A program made the position numbers and the translations under genes. From NCBI GenBank assembly GCA_963805085.1, contig CAWDTA010000002.1, positions 128,001-192,000 of the forward strand: a DNA stretch of 64,000 nucleotides, in the 5' to 3' direction. Source of the DNA: an uncultured Veillonellaceae bacterium. Its GTDB lineage: Bacteria > Bacillota > Negativicutes > JARBTT01. Below are positions 56,846 through 64,000 of this stretch, one piece after another. How positions within the stretch are numbered: the stretch's first letter is position 1; each line of letters begins with the position of its first letter. The notes under the pieces are model-generated. The model worked only from the letters and a program-made list of their open reading frames with translations, made no database searches and was not told the DNA's origin.

Positions 56846-57591
56846 CTATGAACCTCCTTTGTCATACCTTTGGAGCCATTAATAAAATCTTGCACAACTG
56901 AATTATTAGAATTTTTGATATCCTCAACATTGCCAATCTGAGTAATTTCTCCCTCATGAATCATGGCAATACGATCAGCAATCGCAAAGGCACTTTCCAT
57001 ATGGTGCGTTACCACGACCGAGGTGACCCCTAATACTTTTTGCATGCTTACAATCAAACTATCAATCTTCGCTGTCATAATAGGATCCAGTCCAGCACTT
57101 GGCTCGTCATACAAAACAATGTCGGGTTCAAAGGCGATTGCTCTAGCTAAGCTTACCCGTTTTTTCATACCACCGGAGAGTTCATTGGGTAGATGATGTT
57201 CATAGCCTTCTAAATCAACTAATTTTAACTTTTCTTGGACCTTTTTATTTATTTCAGACTCACTTAATTTGGTATGTTCACGAAGACCAAACGCTACATT
57301 GTCACCAACGCTCATCGAATCAAACAACGCCGAATACTGAAATACCATTCCCATCTGAAGTCTAATTTTATCTAACTGGTCTTCACGTAATTTTGATATT
57401 TCAGTCCCCGCTACCCAAATTTGACCACTCGTCGGGCGAAGCAAGCCAATCATCAACCGTAATAACGTGCTCTTACCAGAGCCACTTGCACCGATAATGG
57501 CAAGTACTTCACCCTTTTTCACTTCTAAATTAATATTTTTTAGTATTTTTTCTTTTTTGAACTCCATATGTACATTCACTAATTTAATCAC
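56842..57591 (-). CDS. mlaF: MlaF ABC ATPase
   Basis: GASGSGKS, FQYSALFDSM.V..NVAF.LRE, LSGGMKKRV. Confidence 0.92.
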   Translation of the reverse strand: MIKLVNVHMEFKKEKILKNINLEVKKGEVLAIIGASGSGKSTLLRLMIGLLRPTSGQIWVAGTEISKLREDQLDKIRLQMGMVFQYSALFDSMSVGDNVAFGLREHTKLSESEINKKVQEKLKLVDLEGYEHHLPNELSGGMKKRVSLARAIAFEPDIVLYDEPSAGLDPIMTAKIDSLIVSMQKVLGVTSVVVTHHMESAFAIADRIAMIHEGEITQIGNVEDIKNSNNSVVQDFINGSKGMTKEVHR

Positions 57592-57603
57592 ACCAACACA
57601 CCT

Positions 57604-58377
57604 CTAGCGATACAAAATCAAGGATAGAAAACAATTTAAAATAAAAATAATAATAATTGAACTAACTACCGATCCTGTTGTCGCTTTCCCTACTCCAACT
57701 GCTCCATTTCGTGCATTCAATCCTTGATAGCACCCAATAATTGCAATAATTGCCCCAAAAAAGACTGATTTTATTACACCACCAGTAACATCATGCACGA
57801 CCATAAAATTATTTATCGACTGCATATAGGTTACCGAGTTAATCCCAGAATAAAAAGTAGCAACCAAATAACCACCAAAAGTACCAATAACATCGGCAAA
57901 TACAACCAATAACGGCAACGTAATCATACAAGCAATTAGCCTTGGTACAACCAAATAACCAACTGGATTGGTTGCCATAACCTTTAAAGCATCAATTTGT
58001 TCTGTTACTTTCATCGTGCTAATTTCTGCTGTAATAGCAGCACCAACACGCCCAGCAGCCACAACTCCAGTTAAGACCGGAGCAAGCTCACGTGCCATAG
58101 AAATTGCCACGATGCCACCAACCGTAGATTGCGCGCCATATTTGATAAATTCATGCGCCGTTTGCAAGGTAATAACCATCCCTGTAAATAGAATGGTAAG
58201 TGTTACAATCGGTAATGAATCAACACCTAAATGTGACATTTGCACGATGATGTGTTTTATATTAGGCGGATGTTTTAATTGGCAAATTGTTTCATAAATA
58301 AGCATCATCACTGCACCGAAGTCTTCAAGAAAACTTAGTACACCGCGGCCAATTTTTTCCAGGTAACCAACCATCAT
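57604..58377 (-). CDS. mlaE: MlaE permease
   Basis: RELAPVL, AGRVGAAITAEI.TMKVTEQIDAL, GVGKATT..VV; likely start 58377. Confidence 0.95.
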   Translation of the reverse strand: MMVGYLEKIGRGVLSFLEDFGAVMMLIYETICQLKHPPNIKHIIVQMSHLGVDSLPIVTLTILFTGMVITLQTAHEFIKYGAQSTVGGIVAISMARELAPVLTGVVAAGRVGAAITAEISTMKVTEQIDALKVMATNPVGYLVVPRLIACMITLPLLVVFADVIGTFGGYLVATFYSGINSVTYMQSINNFMVVHDVTGGVIKSVFFGAIIAIIGCYQGLNARNGAVGVGKATTGSVVSSIIIIFILNCFLSLILYR

Positions 58378-58450
58378 TGCATTTTCCCCCATATATATAA
58401 ATACTAAGATATACAATAGTACATATTAGTTTACTATTTTTTAGAATTAT

Positions 58451-58475
58451 ATTCAATACTTTTCGTCAATTCCCT
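58451..58475 (-). promoter_or_regulatory. Sigma-H-like promoter upstream of mlaE (AGGG variant)
   Basis: gcAGGGaattgacgaaaagtattGAAT, 17-nt spacer. Confidence 0.5.
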
Positions 58476-58509
58476 GCAATTTTCGTTAGTTTTATTTGTT
58501 TTAAACCAA

Positions 58510-58543
58510 GAAACAGCTATCACAATTTTGTAATAGCTGTTTC
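58510..58543 (-). terminator. Hairpin terminator after the S55 peptidase gene
   Basis: GAAACAGCTAT.ACAA / TTGT.ATAGCTGTTTC. Confidence 0.7.
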
Positions 58544-58546
58544 CTC

Positions 58547-60346
58547 TTATTTTACTGGTTCAACATTAATTGACGTTTGTATAACGTTATCAATAATATA
58601 ATCCGTAGCAAATTTTGTATTGTTTGGTTCTTCCTCTGGTTTGTTTTTTACCGTTTTATTATTTTCTTTAGATTCCTTGTTACCTTTAGTAGTTTTTTTG
58701 ACTACTGATGCTTTTTGTGGTGCTACTTGATTTGCTTCATCAACCGGCATAGCAATTGGATCAATAACGATTTCATTATTTTTATTGGTATCTAAAAATT
58801 CTTTGATAATCATATCCAATGTTTTCGTCTTGTCTTCCTGTGCACTAAGATCAATTCCTTGTTGTTGCATTAATAACTGTGTTACAGAAACCAAACCACC
58901 ACCACGTACTTCTAGCATAGTTGCACCCGGCGCTTGATGCTTGGGTACTGTATAGGGAATTTTAAGGATTACTTCATTGTCCCGATATGGTTTTAGTTTT
59001 ACTGCAATATCTACCTTTTCGCCAGCTTTCACACTGGGCTTTTCGGGAATCGCTTCGATAAGCGAAGCAGTTTTTCTTGTTTGATCCACATCGACGTTTA
59101 CTTTTACACTAAAAATATCAGTTTCGTTTTGGTTATTACCACATAAGATATCCAGCGCTTGAAATACCTCTCCAATTGCTAATTTACCAACATCTTGCGG
59201 ATTATAATACATATTATCACGTTTTAAAATGCCACCTGAACCAGCATTGGACATGATTTCAAAACTTACTTTTGCCGTACCTTCACCAGTACGATCTATC
59301 GTCTGATCAATACTATTATAAACCATCGTTGCTGCTAAAGTTGCCGCTAACTCTTCGTCATAAGCAATTTGCATTGAATAACTTTTTGTCGTATTAAACT
59401 GTTTATCTGTTACATTAACTTGAAGCGGAATCACACTTGGATACCTACCAAGCACACCAGAAATTGCTGCAGTTCGATCTTGGGTTACAACGCCGACCAA
59501 ATTGCCAGGAACACCGATTTTAAACCCAGCGTTTAAGCCACTGGCAGTACTAATAATATTAGCATCGGTCATAAAGTAATTCACATTACCTTTGCGTAAG
59601 AAAGGATGTCCAAACGCTAACACTTTTCCATCCTCCACCGCTGTTACTGTGCCAATTGCCGCTAAACTAAAATCACCGCGAACTAATTGAGCGCCAATCG
59701 AACTCCCAGGTTCAATGGTAACTGGCGCAAAATCACCGTTCACACCACTTGACGCATACGGCACCATATTAAATGGTTGCAATTTTTCTGTTAGCATATG
59801 AAATGCTGCATCACTAAAACCAGCTGCCATTAACGGTGTAGCAAGTTCTTTTCCTATTTCTTTAGGTTTAGTTTCTATTTGTTGATCTGGTTTAACTGCT
59901 GCTTTTAAATCTACTTGCTTAATTTTTTGATCTTTCTTTAAATCTGGCATATCCCATAGTTTTAACATATCAGCAATCGGTGTAATAATACATGTTCTGC
60001 TATCAATGTCTTTCCAGCCGCCAGATACTGCCCCGACAAGCTTGCCGTCAATATAAACTGGGCTGCCACTCATTCCTTGCAATACTCCACCAGTTTTATC
60101 AATCACTGGGCCAGACGCTTTTGCTAAAATTCTGCCATCACTATTGATTCCTTCTTTCACCACACCTAAGATTTCAATATCAAACGTATCAATAGTGGTT
60201 CCTTGAATCACTGTTTTAGCAACGCCTTGCATGCCTGGTTGCAATTGATCGGTTGTCATAATGTCCGGTGTTGCACTTACCTTGCTCATTGGTAGTAATA
60301 AAACTACTAGAAGCATAAACAAACTTCTTTTTAGCCATTGCAACAA
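58547..60346 (-). CDS. SpoIVB-like peptidase S55 domain protein, secreted
   Basis: GGVLQGMSGSPVY..GKLVGAV and IGTVT......AFGHPF motifs; signal peptide. Confidence 0.85.
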   Translation of the reverse strand: MLQWLKRSLFMLLVVLLLPMSKVSATPDIMTTDQLQPGMQGVAKTVIQGTTIDTFDIEILGVVKEGINSDGRILAKASGPVIDKTGGVLQGMSGSPVYIDGKLVGAVSGGWKDIDSRTCIITPIADMLKLWDMPDLKKDQKIKQVDLKAAVKPDQQIETKPKEIGKELATPLMAAGFSDAAFHMLTEKLQPFNMVPYASSGVNGDFAPVTIEPGSSIGAQLVRGDFSLAAIGTVTAVEDGKVLAFGHPFLRKGNVNYFMTDANIISTASGLNAGFKIGVPGNLVGVVTQDRTAAISGVLGRYPSVIPLQVNVTDKQFNTTKSYSMQIAYDEELAATLAATMVYNSIDQTIDRTGEGTAKVSFEIMSNAGSGGILKRDNMYYNPQDVGKLAIGEVFQALDILCGNNQNETDIFSVKVNVDVDQTRKTASLIEAIPEKPSVKAGEKVDIAVKLKPYRDNEVILKIPYTVPKHQAPGATMLEVRGGGLVSVTQLLMQQQGIDLSAQEDKTKTLDMIIKEFLDTNKNNEIVIDPIAMPVDEANQVAPQKASVVKKTTKGNKESKENNKTVKNKPEEEPNNTKFATDYIIDNVIQTSINVEPVK

Positions 60347-60361
60347 AAATTCATCCTCTCT

Positions 60362-60661
60362 CTATTGCGCCTCAATACGAGCGACAACATCACCACTATT
60401 TATTTTGCTTCCCTTTTGGACTGTCACTTCTTTCACAACACCTGCAGTCGTTGCCCTAGCAGCTGTAGCTGAACCAGCAATTGTTGTTACTCTCACAAGT
60501 TCTGTACCTTCATTAACACTTGTCCCAACCGCTACAGTTGATACCACCGTGCCCGATAACACAGAATGTTGCTCTATTAAAGAACTGGCTGTTACCGTCC
60601 AAACACCAGTAACTGTTAGTAGTAATACCACTAGGATGATTAACGCTTTTTTATGGAGCAT
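60362..60661 (-). CDS. Small secreted biotin/lipoyl (barrel-sandwich hybrid) fold protein
   Basis: Signal peptide, G.V....V..G..V..G..L and A...G.V..V.V..G..I..GD.V..I; likely start MLHKK at 60661. Confidence 0.7.
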   Translation of the reverse strand: MLHKKALIILVVLLLTVTGVWTVTASSLIEQHSVLSGTVVSTVAVGTSVNEGTELVRVTTIAGSATAARATTAGVVKEVTVQKGSKINSGDVVARIEAQ

Positions 60662-60737
60662 TAAAACTACCCCCTTACTTTCATCATATTCTACCTCAAT
60701 TATAACCGATTGCAACTAAATAGCAAATACCTGATTA

Positions 60738-62144
60738 CTATTTTGATAAAACTACCAATGCGGCGCCAACCTTACGTTCGCTACCATCTGATGGTCTATT
60801 TGCAACTTCATTTTTTATAACCATTTCGCTTGATCCGCCGCCGTCAAAGTTGACTGCGTCTACTGCACCCATTTCTTGCATAAGTACTGCCATCTCTGAC
60901 AAAGTACAACCAATACTATTTGTTTGCCTACCATCCACGACCGCTAAAATAACATGACTATCTTTGGTAATACCAACAGCAGTACGTGGCGCTCTACCAC
61001 TGGCAACGTCTGGTCCAAATTCTTCTTCTTTGGTAGTTAAATATACACTATTATTTTTTAATAACAGTGGACCAACTCCCATGATCTGTGGCACTTGATT
61101 CCAATTTTGGCCCAAATTTTCGCTAACCGTAAGTTTATCGCCAATTTTTACATTTGCTAATTTATCCTTGCTCGTACCATGCGCTGATACGACAATCGTG
61201 CCTGCATCTATTGGTGAATCATTTTGATTGATCGCTATCACTATACCATTTTTAACAACATATTCTATGCCATACTCATTGGTTTTTGTACTGCTATCAA
61301 AGTAAGGATTATATAGAACTAAATTATTCTCACCGCGTTCACAATTTACTCCCGATATTGGTATAGACATCCCATTTGCTAAAGTAACAACACCAGAATA
61401 GTCTACCTGCCCAATCATCGGTTTGCCATTGGTCTGAATACCAAAAGCACCACGCGCCAAATACGTCGTACTAACGATGGTATTATCAATCTTCGTTAAA
61501 CCAAGAATCTCTCCACTCGGAGCAAAATAAGAAGCATTGATCGCCGCCAAAGCATTATTATGTAGCGCCATTGAACTCAAAGACTCACGACCGGCAATGA
61601 CATCATTGGCAAGGACAGGACGAAGCTGAAAATTTGCTTTACCATCAATATCTAAAAAATTTGCTGTAAGCATTCCTTTTTCATTGCTTCGCACCAAAGT
61701 AATATGTTTTATTCCAGGCGCAACTTCATCTACTAACTTTTGATCAGAATTTTTAATGATATCAATATAGAATCGATTGGGGTTTGCCAATTTATTTACC
61801 TTATAAACGGCATTACGACTTAAAGTAATTGTCGTGCGCAAGGTATCTTTGTTAATCGCAGCAAAAGTAACACTTTGAACCAAATCATCATCTATTGCTA
61901 AGTTTTCTAACGAAGTATTATTTACTGTATTTGGCATATCGATAATGATACTTACGCCATTATTGGTCGTACTTACATTATATGTCGGCACAGCATCGAT
62001 ATCAAAAACGATCCTGACAGCTTCGGCTTTTTGACTAAAACGTATTCCTGTAATATTACTTTGCAAGCCCGCTGCAAAAGCAATCTGCGAAATTAATAAT
62101 AACATAATGACAAACGCAACGATGCGTTTACTGAAGAAATTCAT
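60738..62144 (-). CDS. AMIN-like domain plus phosphodiester glycosidase (NAGPA) family protein
   Basis: RIVFD / P.R..IDI N-domain; AINASYF, PRTAVG, VDGR, NFDGGGSS. Confidence 0.85.
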   Translation of the reverse strand: MNFFSKRIVAFVIMLLLISQIAFAAGLQSNITGIRFSQKAEAVRIVFDIDAVPTYNVSTTNNGVSIIIDMPNTVNNTSLENLAIDDDLVQSVTFAAINKDTLRTTITLSRNAVYKVNKLANPNRFYIDIIKNSDQKLVDEVAPGIKHITLVRSNEKGMLTANFLDIDGKANFQLRPVLANDVIAGRESLSSMALHNNALAAINASYFAPSGEILGLTKIDNTIVSTTYLARGAFGIQTNGKPMIGQVDYSGVVTLANGMSIPISGVNCERGENNLVLYNPYFDSSTKTNEYGIEYVVKNGIVIAINQNDSPIDAGTIVVSAHGTSKDKLANVKIGDKLTVSENLGQNWNQVPQIMGVGPLLLKNNSVYLTTKEEEFGPDVASGRAPRTAVGITKDSHVILAVVDGRQTNSIGCTLSEMAVLMQEMGAVDAVNFDGGGSSEMVIKNEVANRPSDGSERKVGAALVVLSK

Positions 62145-62190
62145 AAAAATCTACACTTCCTGTTATTCAATATAATTACAATAGATAAAA

Positions 62191-62212
62191 GCCAGGCTAC
62201 GCTGAGCCTGGC
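62191..62212 (-). terminator. Intrinsic terminator after flgJ
   Basis: GCCAGGCT / AGCCTGGC preceded by AAAA on the plus strand. Confidence 0.65.
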
Positions 62213-62222
62213 AATTATTTCA

Positions 62223-62588
62223 TTACTTCTTGTTACTCATAGACAACTGTTTATAAATCATATTGGCAATTCCAATACCGCCTGCATTTGCCATGTTTTT
62301 CGTTAACTCTGTATCAAGCATCGATTGCATGATTTTTTCGCCACTTGATGATCCATATAAAGTATTTTCAGGTACTGTCTCACGCATTTGAGTATACATA
62401 TAATTCAAAAACATCGATTCAAAATCTTTACAGGTTGCTTTTAATTTTGCATCATCTTTTGCTGTATTTGCAACCTTTCCAGTCTTGGTCGCTTGTTCCA
62501 ATTCCTTGGAAAAAGTTCCATCGGCACTATTTTTTGCCGCAGAATATTGACTTATGATACTATCTGAAGAAATCCCATCAATTTGCAT
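62223..62588 (-). CDS. flgJ: Flagellar rod-binding protein (FlgJ N-domain only)
   Basis: LK..C..FES.F...M...MR.TVP, MLD.E, G.GIA.M.Y.QL; follows flgI. Confidence 0.85.
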   Translation of the reverse strand: MQIDGISSDSIISQYSAAKNSADGTFSKELEQATKTGKVANTAKDDAKLKATCKDFESMFLNYMYTQMRETVPENTLYGSSSGEKIMQSMLDTELTKNMANAGGIGIANMIYKQLSMSNKK

Positions 62589-62605
62589 ATCATTTTCACC
62601 TACAT

Positions 62606-63712
62606 TTAGATAATTTCTAAGTCTGCATGAAGCGCGCCGGATGCTTTAATCGCTTGTAATATTGAAATAATATCACGTGGTGTTGCTCCGACAGCATTTA
62701 ATGCTCCAACAATATCACTTACATTGGCTGTAGCCGGAAGCACAATCGTGTGTGCTTTATCTTCTGTTACCGTAACATCGGTATTCTTTGTTGTAATCGT
62801 TTCCCCTAATGAAAAAGGTGCCGGTTGACTGACATCAGTATTTTTTGTGATATTAATACTTAAGCCACCCTGTGCAATGGCAACTTCATCCACTGAGACA
62901 TTTCCACCGATAACAATTGTGCCGGTCCTTTCATTCACAACGACCTTGGCAATATTATCTGGAGTAACGTACAAATTCTCAATTTCAGCAACAAAATCAT
63001 TCACCTTATTTTGGTACATAACAGGCAACGTAATATCTATCCTGCCTGGATTACTAGCCCTAGATATCGCACCATAGCGAGCGTTAATTGCTTCACTAAT
63101 TCTTGTTGCTGTAGTAAAATCTGGGTTGCTAATCGACAGAGAAACCGTCCCGCCTGTGCCTAAGTTATCTTCAACACTATGTTCCACAATGGCTCCATTA
63201 GGCGTAATGCCTACGGTTGGAAAATTCTTTTTCACTCCGCCACCAGCAGAAAAACCACCTGTCGAAACGGAGCCTTGCCCTACCGCATATACTTGACCAT
63301 TTGCTGCTTTGAGCGGTGTTTGTAAAAGTGTACCACCTTCAATACTTTTTGCATCCCCCATGGAAGAAACAGTGATATCAATCGTATCACCCTCTCTGAC
63401 AAACGGCGGAAGCTGCGCTGTAACCATAACCGCCGCAACATTTTTCGTTTTCAGTTGTGAGGTTGTAATGGATACACCAAATTCTTTCAGCATATTACTA
63501 ACAGATTGTAATGTTTCTAACGTTTTATTGGAGTCACCAGTACCAGCAAGTCCAACTACTAAACCATAACCAACCAACTGATTGGATCTTACTCCTTGAA
63601 CTTTGGCAATATCCTTTATTCTCGTACTCACCGTGCTCGATGCTGCGAAGGCTGATGTAATCAGCGAACAAAACACCAACATAAAGGTCATTGTCGCAAT
63701 AAGTTTACGCAT
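62606..63712 (-). CDS. flgI: Flagellar P-ring protein
   Basis: RIKDI..V.GVR.NQLVGYGLVVGL.GTGD, KNVAAVMVTA, NERTGTIV, GALHA. Confidence 0.97.
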   Translation of the reverse strand: MRKLIATMTFMLVFCSLITSAFAASSTVSTRIKDIAKVQGVRSNQLVGYGLVVGLAGTGDSNKTLETLQSVSNMLKEFGVSITTSQLKTKNVAAVMVTAQLPPFVREGDTIDITVSSMGDAKSIEGGTLLQTPLKAANGQVYAVGQGSVSTGGFSAGGGVKKNFPTVGITPNGAIVEHSVEDNLGTGGTVSLSISNPDFTTATRISEAINARYGAISRASNPGRIDITLPVMYQNKVNDFVAEIENLYVTPDNIAKVVVNERTGTIVIGGNVSVDEVAIAQGGLSINITKNTDVSQPAPFSLGETITTKNTDVTVTEDKAHTIVLPATANVSDIVGALNAVGATPRDIISILQAIKASGALHADLEII

Positions 63713-63725
63713 ACTTAAGCCTCCA

Positions 63726-64000
63726 CTAAAATAAAATATTAAATATTTGAGTTAGAATACCTTGACGTTGCTTGGAGTTCAACGGACCTTTACCATCAAA
63801 TTTAAGCTGTGCATCCGCAACTTGTGATGACTTTATGGTGTTATCTACTGTTACATCATCTCTACGAACAACACCAGTCAAGGTAATTTTATGTGTATCT
63901 GTATTTTGTACAATGGTTTGTGTTCCAGATATCACCATATTACCATTTGGTTTAACTTCAATCACTTGAACAGTAATTCTACCACTCACATTATTCGTAT
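63726..64000 (-). CDS. flgH: Flagellar L-ring protein, partial (N-terminus beyond the window)
   Basis: V.EV.PNGN..I.G, L.G.VR..D....N...S..VADA; the frame stays open to the window edge. Confidence 0.9.
   Translation of the reverse strand, partial: TNNVSGRITVQVIEVKPNGNMVISGTQTIVQNTDTHKITLTGVVRRDDVTVDNTIKSSQVADAQLKFDGKGPLNSKQRQGILTQIFNILF

Noticed and set aside
55574-58377. Three-component Mla system with an envelope-spanning MlaD as a new system
   Set aside because: Already described in Veillonella parvula (MlaEFD with a C-terminal barrel, plus TamB).
1108-63969. Numerous short antisense or alternate-frame ORFs (e.g. 26068..26619, 55968..56468, 60261..60719, 15569..15877)
   Set aside because: All overlap well-supported genes and lack an RBS or recognisable motifs.
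10287-64000. The OM gene cluster itself (single LptF/G, LpxI instead of LpxH, flgHIJ, ompM) as a novelty
   Set aside because: It matches the published conserved OM cluster of diderm Firmicutes.

Overview
This is a low-GC (AT-rich) window from a flagellated diderm Firmicute, most likely Negativicutes (Selenomonadales/Sporomusaceae-like). It covers most of the large outer-membrane biogenesis cluster known from these bacteria, almost entirely on the minus strand. In transcription order: flgH-flgI-flgJ, an AMIN/NAGPA protein, an S55 peptidase, mlaEFD, tolC, tamB, a sigma-70 factor plus a single-pass partner gene, bamA, three ompH, lpxD, the lipid A/Kdo pathway (including a WaaA-LpxK fusion), lptCAB-F/G, DUF3084, three SLH-porin ompM genes, lptD, heptose genes, glycosyltransferases and waaL. 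The gene content is largely known, so the unexplained signal is regulatory. (i) A sigma-H-like promoter motif (AGG[A/G]-N17-GAAT) recurs before lptD, lpxC, mlaE, two conserved hypothetical genes and, imperfectly, tamB, and it is stacked four times in a ~122-bp tandem array before one ompM. (ii) All three ompM leaders share a stem-loop with a covarying outer base pair and a conserved GGA-containing loop. (iii) A sigma factor and a candidate anti-sigma gene lie between tamB and bamA, and the latter is split at an A-AAA-AAG-TAG site. Also noted are an unusual two-gene ABC system inside the lipid A genes and a MITE-like hairpin element inserted in a duplicated terminator. All calls come from reading the sequence by eye, with no database searches.
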